DNA from: Octopus sinensis
Taxonomy: Eukaryota
Reading direction: 5' to 3'
Assembly: GCF_006345805.1 (NCBI RefSeq)
Contig: NC_042997.1
Span: 56,978,001-57,042,000 of the forward strand
Length of the DNA: 64,000 bases
Shown: piece by piece, positions 37,482 through 50,685 of the stretch
Numbering within the stretch: the stretch's first letter is position 1
Layout of the letters: every line of letters begins with the position of its first letter
Notes under the pieces: generated by a model
The model's database searches: none
Told to the model about the DNA's origin: nothing
What the model saw: only the letters and a program-made list of their open reading frames with translations
Program-made: the position numbers and the translations under genes

Positions 37482-38270
37482 GGATCTTTTCCTTTTGAAC
37501 GGCACTTTGTAACATAATTTCTAGGTAACTAAAAAGTTTTAAACTTCGTATACTGGTAGAACGTGTTTATAAAACATCATTTTCTCTTGGCTTTATTGAA
37601 AAAATTCTATAGGTTGTAAGATATTTCGTCTAAAATTTCTAGCATTTCGGCAATTTTAACCAATCGCTGACGTCCATTTAGGTAAACAACATTCTGTGCA
37701 TAATGAATATGTCCCTCCTTTAAGAAACAGATTGGGTTTATTTACATTTATGAAGAAAAAAGATACCCTTCCCCCACCCCTAACCCTAAATCTAAAATAG
37801 ATTGAAATGCAATAGATCGATACTAGGGTTATAATTATGGGTAACAATTTCATACGACACCGCAACGGAAAATGGGATTTTTTTCTAGCGGTGTCAAAGG
37901 AAAATGTCACCCATAATTATGGCCCTAGTATCGATCTATTGCATTTCAATCTATTTTAGATTTAGGGTTAGGGGTTGGGGAAGGGTATCTTTTTTTCTTC
38001 ACAAATGTAAATAAACCCAATCTGTTTCTTAAAGGAGGGACATATTCATTATGCACAGAATGTTGTTTACCTAAATAGACGTCAGCGATTGGTTAAAATT
38101 GCCGAAATGCTAGAAATTTTAGACAAAATATCTTACAACCTATAGAATTTTCTCAAAAAAGCCAAGAGAAAATGATGTTTTATAAACACGTTCTACCAGT
38201 ATATGAAGTTTAAAACTTTTTAGTTACCTAGAAATTATGTTACAAAGTGCCGTTCAAAAGGAAAAGATCC
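37482..38270. mobile_element. Palindromic MITE, Merlin-like (family 2)
   Basis: Ends GGATCTTTTCCTTTTGAACGGC...GCCGTTCAAAAGGAAAAGATCC, arms about 380 bp, 8-bp TSD cggtgttt/cagtgttt. Confidence 0.9.
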
Positions 38271-38729
38271 CAGTGTTTTTATAAGCTCGTACGCCTAAAT
38301 AAAACATCAAATACAATAACTTGTGATTGATCCCAAAACTCAAGCCAAGATAATTTTAAGTCTGAACTAGCATACAAGTTAAGCAAATTGAAACAATAAA
38401 CACAATCGTTAATAGAACTGCCTAACACCAATTTAGGCTAAATTTTTCAATACTTTTTTTCTTCTCCTGATTTCAAAAAATATACTTAATTTTGCCTGCT
38501 ATGAATACTTTAAGAGATAATCATAGTTTTATATTGGAAGAAAAGATAATTTGTTGCAGTAATGCTTTATTGACCTTATTTACATGTGCGACAATATCAA
38601 TCAAGTAATATTTTTCTAATCATTTTTTTGCATCTCACTTTAAACTAAACAGAAAATGCAAGTAGGTATATGATGAGCTTACCCTAGAAATGCATTAAAG
38701 ATTGTATTTTCCTACTGTGAGCATCTTTA

Positions 38730-39840
38730 TCTTAACGGGCCATATATAGTTTCCCATCATGGCAGTGTCTCATCTTCCTCGGTATCTCTTCTCCATTGCA
38801 ACAATGTCCTAGTGGAATCTCTTACCATGCTCCTCACTGATTTGACTGAGTTTTCAGGAAAGAAGTCCAAATTTGAATGCAAAAAGTATACCTCTAAGGA
38901 CATTCAATAGCCTAAGTTCTTAAAACTCTCATTAAACTTTACCAATAGATGCTTGTTGTTGAGATTTTTGTTGTTACGTGGGAAATCATGAACTGTGCAC
39001 ATCATGCCTCTCTTTCAACATTACTCATTGCCTTTTCAAGCATTGTCCTTCTTTGCGGTCTTGTCCAGTAAAAATGCAATCCTTAACCTTTGCCCCAGGT
39101 AGCTTTGGAAAGAGTAGACGAATTTCTTGAAAGCTTTCTCCACCATGATCTAAGGCCTTCACAAACTGTTTGACAAAAGCCAGTTTTATGTGAAGTGGAG
39201 ATAACAAAACCTTGGCAGGCTCTACAAGATGTCTTATAATATTTTGCTTTCTGGCTGCATGTTATTCCGTGAGAGCCACTCACCATTCCGGTAATGTTCA
39301 CGATCAGCTCTGTTGTGCAATAGGCAAAGAAAGCACGAATATTTTGTGTATCCACTCAGTAGTCCAAGCAAGAAGGCAAGCATCTTAAGTCACCACAAAC
39401 ATCCCACTTATAGCCTGCATATTTTACTTCCTGTAGAAACTTTTTAATATTTCCATATTCTTTCTTCATCTGTACAGAGTATGCTATAGGTAAAGATGAA
39501 TACTGACTTCCATTGTACAGTAAAACTGCTTTGAGGCTTGTTGCTGAGCTGTCTATGAAAAGTTGCCATTCTTTTCAGTCATGATCAATTCTAATAGCTG
39601 AAAACAAGCCACTTATATCTTTGCAGAAACAGAGATCTTCACAAATATCATAGTATACATCCTTTTCTTGCAAGTACAAAACTACATCCTCCTGTGGTGC
39701 ATGATTTAAGGCCTATTTGATTGCTATTTTTAGTACATATGACAACCACCTCAATGACTGAAACATATTAGTCAACATGTGCTTTCTTGCAGACAAGAGC
39801 CCTCATGTTTGGCTTGTTACTATGGAAACAGGTATGAATG
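38730..39840 (-). mobile_element. Degraded DNA transposase, probably CMC/Chapaev3-type
   Basis: WDVCGDL, GYTKYSCFLC, LSPLHIKLAFVKQFVKAL and FPKLPGAKVKDCIFTG motifs; the superfamily label is from memory of this motif set. Confidence 0.6.
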
Positions 39841-40507
39841 TGTCTGTGGCTTATGATTGGCTAAATTTACCTAAAATTTTCAAAATTTTAATAGCTAATA
39901 ACTCTTTATTTATTGATTTATGGTGAAAATGATTTTCATGGTATTGATTAGCATATAAAAGTATATCATTACACTGAATATGAAATCAGTTTGAACAGGA
40001 ATTGAAGATATTAAACATTGGCAACTAAACAGAAAAGATCCGAAAACTGAGTTAAATGTTTTTAACCTTTAAAGTTTGATTATTTTATCTAGAATATGAA
40101 ATTTAAATTTGATTTAAACATTGCAATGGGATTTTTTTACACTTTCTGGTGGTTGTCACACCAGTAACTTGTCATCATGGGGCAAAAGAGGCAGGTATGC
40201 TGGAATACTGAAGTGCTTGTCTTCCTTTAACTTTTTTGTACTTTTTATGTCAATCATGCAAAAATAGTAATCATCGTGATGGCTTTTTGGCTCTTGCCAT
40301 ACACTTGGAATAGCAAAAGGCACGGCTCAAACAGTATAGAATTTTCCAAGCCTTAATATTTTTTTTAACCCACACTGCCCCTAGTTGTTCTTGTGATGCA
40401 TCAGTGTTTTCGGCGTACCTTTTGAAAACTGCTGCTTTAAGCATTAAGTCATTTAACTAGGTGACGTAGTCTCAATTCTCACCTGCTGCTCTCTTCCATC
40501 TATAGCG

Positions 40508-40864
40508 TTATTACCTCCACCTTAGTGAAGGCGGAGATATTGTTTTCAGTTGTGTTTGTTTGTTTGTGGACAAGATATCTCAAGAACTGCTGGATGGATT
40601 CAGATGAAACTTTCTGGGATGTTTGGCCTCATGACTGGCACAAACTGATTAGATTTTGGGAGCAATCCAGTTACGGACAAGGATTCTGGATTATTTTTCG
40701 TATTTTTTAACTTAGAGGAGTCAGGTTCACTTTTAGTATTCTCATTTGTGAGAGCAGTCAAGTTTATTTTAGATATTCTCATTTTAAAAATCATCTTTGG
40801 CTAATTGCTGAGATGATGTTGGTGTAATCTTGGCAGAGGTTTGCGCTATCTGAGTGCTCTTGTT
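40508..40864 (+). mobile_element. HINE/DINE-1-like non-autonomous element (Helentron-associated architecture)
   Basis: ttattacctccacc at the 5' end is inverted to subterminal ggcagaggt; (gttt)n core, short 3' hairpin gcgct..agtgc, ends in tt. Confidence 0.6.
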
Positions 40865-42957
40865 CGTATTTATATTTTGTGTGTGTTACCATCCATACAA
40901 TGTGAACTAGACTTTTAAACTCTTATTTGCATTAGTTTTGTTTCACATCTAAACAGTTTTGTTTGGTCGACTGTAACGAAGACCAGTTAAATGAGACTGA
41001 TTAATAACCATGATTGGTTTTGAAGTCAACATTTCACAATCTCAAATAAAGATTAATTATTCGTTTTCTGAAACATTTATGACATACAAAAATAAATTAC
41101 TTAAATAATGACCTCAAATATCTTTATTTTCATTTACAAAAATACATGACACTAAAATGTAGGAAACAATCAATAATTTTTATAGGTTTTGTTTTAATGA
41201 CAAATGAAAGCAGTCATCCTCAAACTGACAAAGACTAGACCTTCTACCAAATAAATAAATAACAATAATAATGACATTTCCCCTTCCCCTTATTAATGAG
41301 AAGACAATAAAGCTTGCTTCCACATTATTCTTCTTTCTTTTGTCGTAGTATTGGATAGATTTCAGATGTTTAAAATTATTTTAATTCTATAAAATATAGA
41401 AATTTGTCCACTCCATTTTCAGTCCTCATAGCTTTCTCTTCCCTTACTTATAAGAAATACTAGTTTAAATTTATTATGGGATGATGGTTTTCAGGAATTA
41501 TAAAGTAAAAAGAGCAAAAATAAACTTACCAGCAATAAATTTAACTTGATCACTAAATGGAAAATTGCAGCCACAGGCATTTAAAATTTGCTAAACAACT
41601 ATGTAAAGTTTCTGAATTGAAATGGTTTAGTATCCAAGTTATATGTAACGACAAACGTTTTCAACAACAACAGTAACATCTAGAGTTCAATGTCAAGGCT
41701 TTTGGAATTATTTTAAAAAATTGATCAAGAGATACCAATCAGACATAAATGCCAAATTATGTAAACTATGTTGTGTCTTAAATACCACAAGTATTCAACA
41801 AGAGCCTGCCACCTAGTTTGGGAAGATGTGTGCAGTACTTCCCAGACTAAACATGCACATCTTATAATGATTCTGCTTATTTGTACGTTACTTAGCCCAT
41901 CCATAATTCTTTCATGTGATTTGCTGAAGGAAAAGGCAAAGAGCGAGAGAAAAAGTGGGAGAAAGAAAAGAGGTAGAGGGAAAAAGATGGAAAGAGAAGC
42001 TTCCATGAAGTGAGGTAGAGGGAACATAATTGTAATGCTTTAACGTGATTAGTTGAAAGGAAAGAGGAAGTAAGAAAAAGGAGAGAGAAAAAGAGGATAT
42101 ATAATATAATTTTAGCAGAGGAGTGATGTTCTGATGGGAGGTTATAGAAAGGCAGAGAGTGAGGATGTAATATTTATTATGTGGTTAAAAAAGTTAGTTG
42201 AAGGCAGTGATATAGAGGAAGAGAGTTAGGAATATAATTTTAGCAGAGGGGTGATGTTCTGATTGGGAGGTTATAGAAAGGCAGAGAGTGAGAGAGAAAT
42301 GATGATGACAGTGGTAGTGGTGAATGGAAAGGTGTTCACAAATTGAAATGTGTATTGGCTTATATGTTACCAATGATGTGATTTTCAGATCATGCCATGT
42401 TGCATTTTTACCCCCGTGAAATTGTGACTCCTATATTTTACATCTAAAATAATTTTTTTTTTACTATAAAATAGTGGCCATATAAATTTTAGAATGTAAT
42501 TTTTTTTTTTTTTTTTGTTAATGGGGAAAAATGGAAAATAAGAGTGAATATTTATTCATTGAGTGCTGTGTATTAAGTCTATAAAATTGTGTATAAAGTA
42601 TATAAAGTGCATTACGTAATCATCATATTCCAATTTCCTTCACATTTCAATGGGTAGCAGATGAGTGACTATCTTTTGATACAGACACAACACAGGCTAC
42701 ACTTCAGGTTTTTTTGGATAAAGTTTTCAGAAATAATCCAATAAGTTTACCATTAATTCCACGAAATAATCATGGATCCTGCTAGAATTAATAAACCTAA
42801 AAAGTAAATAATTCCTAATTGATTATAATAATTATAAAAATGGTAATTTAATACATTAAATTCACTGTATAATTCAGTAAATGACTAATGTGATATTTTT
42901 GTGTGAGGCAAGCACAATTTCCCCATGCTTTTCAACGAGTACGTAACTATAATTCTC

Positions 42958-43085
42958 AGTATCTATGTTCCCCAGTACCTATGTGTATTGGGCCCAATAT
43001 TCCTGGTACTTATGTTCACCAGTGCCTATGCTCCCTGGTACCTATATTCTCTGGTATCGATGTACCCCAGCATCTATGTTTCCCT
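42958..43085 (+). repeat. Degenerate minisatellite of about 17 bp (gtacctatgttccccag-like)
   Basis: Repeated ccagtacctatg / ctggtacttatg / ctggtacctata units. Confidence 0.7.
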
Positions 43086-43549
43086 GCCCACTTTTATGTT
43101 ATCAAGTACCTATGTTTCCTCATACTTATATTATACTGTCCTTATAGAAACATTTAAATAAAATTAACATTACATAACTATATGTTATTCATCTTTTCTC
43201 CCAGCTGGTGATCATGTGTTTCAAAAGATTAGTTAGTAAACATTACGAAGAGTGCTTACTCTTCTGCATACGATTACATCTAACAAGGGACTGATGAATA
43301 GCTCTTGAAATCCAAATTCTGGACGACCCCCATGCCTAAAGAATGAAGTGACATTGCTGTCTCAATAAGTGTTTGCCTAGCTTTCTGTATACCATTGTCT
43401 AGATTCTTTGTCTAGTTCTTTAAACGCTATTGTCTAGAATTGATTATGTTTGAATTTATTGTTTGAATTGGTTATGTGCAGATGGTTGCATGTTGGCGTC
43501 ACAAATTGTGTAATGGTTGTGGTTTAAAGATGTCCGCAGAATAAATGAT

Positions 43550-44286
43550 GATCATCATCATCGTTTAACGTCCGCTTTCCATGCTAGCATGGGTTGGATG
43601 GTTTGACTGAAGTCTGGCGAACCAGATAGCTACGCCAGGCTCCAATCTGATCTGGCAGAGTTTCTACAGCTGGATGCCCTTCCTAATGCCAACCACTCCG
43701 AGAATGTTGTGGGTGCTTTTACGTGCCAGTCAGGTAGTACTGGCAACAGCCACGCTCAAATGGTGCTTTTTATGTGCCATCTGCACAGGAGCCAGTCCAG
43801 CGGCACTGGCAACGACCCTAATCGAATGTTTTTTCATGTGCCTCCAGTATAAGTGCCAGTAAGGTGATGCACGTAATGATCACGCTCGAATGGTGCTATT
43901 ACATGCCACTGGCAAGGAAGCCAGTTTGTTGCTCTGGCAACAATCACGCTCGGATGGTACTCTTAGCACTCTTCTAGCACGGATGCCAGTCATTGAATTT
44001 GATTTCGATTTCAATTTCCCTTGCCTCAACAGGTCTTTGCAAGCAGAGTTTAGTGTCCAATGAAGGAAAGGTATGCATTATATAAGTGGGCTGGTTACAC
44101 CCCTGGCATTGGCCACGAGGTTATGGTCTCACTTGGCTTGCCGAGTCTTCTCAAGCACAGCATATTTCCAAAGGTCCTGGTCACTAGTCATTGCCTTGGT
44201 GAGGCCCAATGTTCGAAGGTCATGCTTCAGCACCTCATCCCAGGTCTTCCTGGGTCTACCTCTTCCACAGGTTCCCTCAACTGCTA
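43550..44286 (-). mobile_element. RTE LINE 3' end (ORF C-terminus plus 3' UTR)
   Basis: 44160-44286 matches 24950-25076; (CAT)n tail at 43550. Confidence 0.9.
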
Positions 44287-44975
44287 AAAATAGTAGATGG
44301 CCTTTATTTTACCGTTATGATATAAAATACTTCTGCTTCAAGTTACATAAAGATTAGTTGAAGTTTGGTTGTTCATCTGTGTGCTAGATAAACAGAAGGG
44401 AGAAGGAGAGAGAAAGTGTAATAGAATTTACCTCTCCATTTGTTAGCATGCCAGGTAAAATTTTTAGCAGCATTTCGCCCGTTGCTACCGTCTGAGTTCA
44501 AATTCCGCTAAGGTCGATTTGCCTTTCATCCTTTCGGGGTCTATTAACTACGTACCAGGTCGTAGTGGAGTTGATCTAATCGACTGGCCCCCACTCCCCA
44601 AAAGTTTCAGGCCTTGTTCCTAGAGTATAAAAGAATTTACCTTTCTATGTTGACAAGTAGAGAGTGAAAGTTGTATAGGCCCTCTTTTACATGCAAGAGG
44701 TGCTCCCTTTACCATGCGAAAGACCAAGATTAACTTTAGACAAGGCACCGAGCGAAAGAGGAAGAACTGAATTTATATTTTCTTAAATAAATTAGGTTAG
44801 TCCAAACAAAAAATTTTCCGTCAGTCATCTTGTTTGAACTATATTTAACCTCAGGATTTTCAGGAAACAATAGGATTTATCTAAATATTATTGTTGATTT
44901 CGGTAAATTTCTTAGTGCCAATACCGAGAACAATAAGAAGGAACTCATATAAAAATCTAGATTAGGTTTCGAATC

Positions 44976-45495
44976 ATGGCTGAGAATCCAGGAAGTGCTT
45001 CGCTTCAGGATATTTACGATAGCTCCGTAAATGCTATTACCACAGAAGGATGTTTACCAAACTCTTTACACTGTAGGAGATATATAAGAGAGTCGTAACC
45101 AAGAATCGAAACTTCGGTCTTCACATTTGTTTCAATTGTTCTCAGAATTTGTTCACCTGTCAAATAAGCCCATTCGATTCGTACATACTGCAGTACAGTT
45201 CACCGCAAGGCGAATCATTAGTGAGGCAACCTGAACGGCACATATCAGTTCGGAAGGAACTCATTAAAAGCATCTCCATTTCACAGAAGAAATGACTCGA
45301 CCAACTCTTAATAACAGAACTTGGTGATAAACTATAAAAAAAAAGGAAGAAAAAAGGTCGCAGCTCTTGCTAAGGCAAGAACTACATCTGTTTTCTTTTT
45401 CTGTTAAAAACATTTTAGGACGAAGTATTTAAACAATTATTCCTGAAGCAACTGCCTTCCACTATGCCAGACATCCTCGCATCCATCATCTCTGT
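44976..45495 (+). mobile_element. Degenerate Gypsy gag fragment
   Basis: QESKL, VRKELIKSISISQKK*LDQLLITELGDK and VFKQLFLKQLPSTMPDILAS resemble the gag motifs LKxELIKR...ELGDRKP and LFLQRLP. Confidence 0.65.
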
Positions 45496-46699
45496 TCAGT
45501 CTGTATCTTTTCCGAAGTTGGCTCAGTTAACACCAATTATACCTTCTATAAACCCTTTCTCTCTCTACTTTGTATTCCTTCTTTCCATATGCATACGTAT
45601 CTATGCGTGAGCGTATGTATACAATTAAATATCTTTGTTTGTAAAAATATTTTTATATGTGATAAAGCCTGTTGTTGACACTTTATTAATACATTCTACC
45701 CTTCCCTTTAAAGGTGTATCTGATAATTAAATTTGTTGAAGAGAAATGTTCGTTTCATCTTCACATATTTCTCTTGCAGTTTTAACACCACAAAATCATT
45801 CGAAACTATATATATATTTATTCTAACTTGAAATTAATTCATTTGGCTGTAAGGTGAATAATGTAATTATAATTGCATCGATAATTTCAAACCTAAACAA
45901 TCGGTTAATTAATGCTGAATTTAGATTGTATGCAAAATGTCAAGATAATGAGACCCAACTACGTCAAATAGCGTCTATATGTTTGTTCAGCCCACCCATT
46001 CTATTTAGAGTTTTCACTCTAAAAATATTTTACAGCAAGACTATGGCTGTGTGGTTAAGTTCAGTTCGCAGTCAAGTGATTTGGGGTTCAGTCCTAGTGC
46101 GCAGCAGTTTCCATCTCATGCATTCAGTTACAAGCCATTGAAAGACGAAAACTGCACGGAAAATATGTTTAAAAAGCCCCCCAAAAAAACTAGCTTCCAG
46201 GAATGTGTTTAATATGTAAATTGGTATATCCAATGACGTTGCACCGCTGTATGTGGTGACTATTTGGGCAATGATTTCGTGGATGATTGATAGGTAGGAT
46301 GGATGCTGATGAAGGAGCAAAAACTCTCGAAGTGTGGAATATGCGCCCATTACACATTTTTTCATCTTCGATCTCATTGTTTGTTTACATCTTACGTATC
46401 GGATACGAAACGTTATAACAAAGTCAGTACTGGAGTTGATTTCATCGGCCAGAACCTTCAAGGCCGTGCCCCTGGAGAACTGCAGCCCAATAACTGGAAT
46501 AAGTGAAAAAATGTATTCTAATGCATAGAACATGATACACAGGATTTGGGAAAAATTTAAAGATTGACTGAAATCGTTCAGAAAGACGTGTAAAAAAAAA
46601 AAAAATTGAAAGGATTTGTTTATCATTGAATGAAGTGTGTAAAATAAAAGTGATAGCAGGGTGATGGTTGAACTTATTACCTGTAATCCAAGAGTATTT

Positions 46700-47190
46700 G
46701 AGTCTCTAGTGACCTATGACGAAAACCGGATCTTCTGTTATGATCCAGAGACCAAGGGACAGTGTAATGGAAGCATCCCAGATCAAAGAAAGCCGTGAAA
46801 ATCAAATTCACCGGAAAGTTGATAATGACCCTCGCTCTTTCTTTGACAGTAAGGGCATCACCTCCATCCACAGATGGCCAACAAAATTTCTGGAGGATTT
46901 AAACGAGTTCAAGAAGAGATTTCGTCGCAAACAGCCAGAGCTCTTCCACTCGGGTCTGTGACACATGCATTAGGACAATGCACCAGTCCTGGTAACAAAA
47001 TACTTAACAGAGATAGGTATCAAGACTGTCCCTCACATTTCCCACAATATAGACCATTGCTCCCTGTGACCTTTGGCTATTCCCCAAACTGAAGGACAAC
47101 CTCAGAGGCAGTCGTTTTGAAAATATTGAGAAGGGCACCTTCGGGCTTCCATGTGGCTTTCACGAAGTGGCTGGAGCGCTACAAGTACAT
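46700..47190 (+). mobile_element. mariner transposase remnant
   Basis: LVTYDE, CYDPETKGQ, FFDSKG, RRKQPELFHSG, DNAP and APCDLWLFPKLKDNLRGSRF. Confidence 0.85.
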
Positions 47191-47959
47191 ACATAAACAT
47201 ACTTCTGTTATTTAGCATTACACCTTTCGGCAAGAAATCTTTGCAAAAAGTGATTCTTAATAGAAACTAAATATTGACTTGGTTTTATATGGGTGAAATA
47301 ACACGCAGCATGAACAAATATCCATCACCCACCTAATCGAGCTGCAAAATCATCATCATAATCCTCCTCGTTGTTATCAATTCTGAGAAATGTTTGTCAA
47401 GATGTAATTTGAAAATATTTTGAGACTGCTTGAGTTTGTTTGTTTTGTAACTGATTGCTTTTCAACGTCGTTATTGTTTTTTTAAAAAGGTAAAGAGAAC
47501 AAATCTTGAGATAACAAGTAACTGCGTGGGAGGAAAAACCACTACAAAAATCCCAGATACCCGCTGTCTACTCATATTTATCTCAACGGTATTTGTATAT
47601 GGTGTCAATGATTTCATATAGTGCACCTTTCAGGGTACCATAATTTTTGAGTTCTGATCTCCCCAAGATTAACATTTACTTTTCATCTTTTCAACCATTA
47701 GTATACTGGATCACTTTCATTAATTATCCATTCTATTAAAGATACATGCAGTGAAATTTTGGTGGAGGGGTTAGTCGATTACATTGATTCCAGTTGCTGA
47801 ACTGGTCCCTCATTTCATAGATCCCGAAAGGATAAAAGACAAAATTCAACCGCGGTGAAATTTGAACTCCGAACGTAAAGACGAACGAAATGCCGCTAAG
47901 CACCTTGTCTGACGTGCAAGCAGTTCTGTTCGTTACATATCAATTACATTAATTAATTT

Positions 47960-48713
47960 CCTATTCGCAACGTAGCTTGTCTTCTGTGACATTAATACGA
48001 GGCTATTTTCCTTTCGAAGAAACTTTTTCATCGATATTCTGATCAAAAGCATTTTAAAAGTTTCTTTTTTATTTAAAAAATAAATGTATTCACTTCAAGC
48101 ACTAGCGAAGAAATATTTTTAAAACAATGATTTTAGAAGCAGCTCTATTTAATCAGATAGCGACGTTTCATGTACAAAGACAGTTAAAATTCTTTGACAA
48201 TTTTTTCATTGGAAAGTGAAAATGATATTGCTGAAATACAGGATGGAAATTGAACTTCTAAAAAAATCACATTAAAACTAGGGGTCGTCTTATATACCCC
48301 CTTTTAAAATCTGAACATTGTAAACCACTCGCATAGCCTATTCGCAACGTAGTTTGTCTTCTGTGACATTAATACGAGGCTATTTTCCTTTCGAAGAAAC
48401 TTTTTCATCGATATTCTGATTAAAAGCATTTTAAAAGTTTCTTTTTTTATTTAAAAAATAAATGTATTCAGTTCGAGCACTTGTGAAGAAATATTTTTAA
48501 AACAATGATTTTAGAAGCAGCTCTATTTAATCAGATAGCGATGTTTCATGAACAAAGACAGTTAAAATTCTTTGACAATTTTTTCAGTGGAAAGTGAAAA
48601 TGATATTGCTGAAATACAGGATGGAAATTGAACTTCTAAAAAAATCACATTAAAACTAGGGGTCGTCTTATATACCCCTTTTAAAATCTGAACATTGTAA
48701 ACCACTCGTATAG
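47960..48713 (+). repeat. 377-bp tandem duplication
   Basis: Units 47960-48336 and 48337-48713 both begin cctattcgcaacgtag and are nearly identical. Confidence 0.92.
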
Positions 48714-50685
48714 ATCCTATGGTTCCACAGCGCAGTATTTTCAACTGATACTTGCACACATCGGCGGGGAACATCGTAAAACACTCACATAGATCCTATG
48801 ATATTTTCTACTGATACTTACTGGATTAATAGTAAGATTATATTAAAATAACAGCACAGCAAATTTAGCGGACAGACACCAGTGCCATTCGCAACAGCTG
48901 ACGGACAGAAAATGTAAACAATCAGCCCATTGAGCCGGGTCCGTTCTGTTTACACTGCCTCATTAGAGTGCTCTCTCATACAGCGTTCAGCAAGCTTAGG
49001 GCTTTTGGTAACTAACCTACCTGTTACGGCATATTAGTAGCATGTATCGAGGTCAAACTAAAGGGTTTGACCCCAGCAAAAAAAGAAAAAAATTTAGTGT
49101 AATAGGTGTAAAACAACTTGCTGTAAACGAATATGAAAAAAAATGCGCGCTCGCAAACGGGGTGAGGTGGGGGAGAGGACTTGGAAAATTCACATCGTCA
49201 GACCATGACCTTTAAACTCTAGTGTTTGACCCGATCACATTCGTTTACTACATGTTGTTTTACACCTATTAGACTATTTTGATTTTGTTTTTGCTCGGGT
49301 CAAACACTGGAGTTTAAAGGTCAAGGTCTGACGATGTGAATTTTCCGAGTCCTCTCCTCCACCCCCTCGTTCGCCAGCGCACATTTTTTTTTATATTCGT
49401 TTACTACATATTGTTTTACACCTATTAGACTATTTTTTTTGCTTTTACTCTGGTCAAACACTAGAGTTTAAAGGTCAAGGTCTGACGATGTGAATTTTCC
49501 GAGGAACATTCACGATGTGAACTTTCCGAGTCGTCTCCCACCCTGAGCGCGCATTGTTTTCTCCATATTCGTTTAAAGCAAGTTGTTTTACACCTATTAC
49601 ACTACTTTTGTTTTTTTTTTGCTCGGGTCAAACCCTTTAGTTTGATCTGTACCGATACCTTCTGGAACTGGTCAGTTCATGTCAGTCAGACTAATCACAA
49701 TAAACCTTACTTTCAAACATTTACAGACAGGGTTTCTTGGAAAGGATCAAGTTGTCATTCTTTCATAAGCAGTAGTACTCTCACTGGGTGAACATTAATT
49801 TCCAACAACTGTAAAACCCCCTCATGGCTTAAAGAGATAAACGAAGGAAATATAAAGCTGGTTTTAAGCTGAAAGTGGTAGCATACACCAAGTCCCACAG
49901 CAACCGAGCTGCTGCGAGAGAATACAGTGTAACCGGGAAGATGGTAAGAATTTGGAGATTAAATGAAGACTTATGAAGGAGTATACCCAGGACTGAATGT
50001 GCAATGAGAGGAGGCACTGCACACTGGCATGATTCCAGAGAAGCATGTAACAGACCAGGTCTGTGAGCAGCGTCAAAATGGATAGGTTATTTCAAGACCT
50101 ATAGTCTCGTGAAACACAACAAAATTGACAAATTAAAGAAAATACTTGCAGTGTACTTTACAACAATATTTCTAATATATTACAATATCATGTTATACAT
50201 ACCGTAAGTAAATCCATTTCAAGTGAAAGGTGTTACGGTATACTTGACACCGTGTTAGTTCCTGTAAAATAACCGACATCTTAATGACGTCACTGCGGTA
50301 GTGTTTATACCAGTCAGGTACGTTTGATGTGAATTATAGTAGGTAATTTACAATATTTGCCCACTTTTTGAAAAGAACTGAATAAATTATAAACAACCAG
50401 CACTGCAGAATTGTTGCATACAAAGTTTACTGATTGAGACATAGTTAAAATGTTATTGAAACAAGAAAAGCAGAGGCTCTCTATTGTAACACAAGAAAAG
50501 CAGGGGCCGCTAGGGAAACTATAGCTCACCCGACCTCCTTTAGCTATGAACCTCGCGCCTTCGGCACCCGAGCTATTTTCTACGATAACTTGGGTAAGTC
50601 TTATATAGCAGGTATAACTCAAAACCCACTTTTTAAATGGAAATCTTGGCAATCGTCCTGCACACTCAGTCATGTTATAGAGTTC
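48608..50685 (-). mobile_element. Unclassified interspersed repeat, copy A (interrupted by a MITE)
   Basis: Reverse-complement match in blocks to 61875-62990; ORFs 49864-50076(-) and 62071-62262(+) are homologous. Confidence 0.85.
49051..49647. mobile_element. Modular MITE, Merlin-like (family 3)
   Basis: Ends GGTCAAACTAAAGGGTTTGACCC...GGGTCAAACCCTTTAGTTTGATC, 8-bp TSD tgtatcga/tgtaccga. The empty site in copy B has a single tgtactga (minus strand, about 62484-62491). Confidence 0.88.

Noticed and set aside
41530-41611. Minus-strand exon candidate with strong gtaagt donor
   Set aside because: Stops in all three frames, weak acceptor and no partner exons.
43204-43420. Suspected Helitron Rep/helicase fragment
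   Set aside because: Translation in all frames gave no convincing Helitron motif.
49050-49648. Reading the MITE as AG-start with 6-bp TSD (Polinton-like), and similarly a 6-bp TSD at 32356-35209
   Set aside because: Shifting each end by one base gives GG termini and 8-bp TSDs, which also match the empty site.
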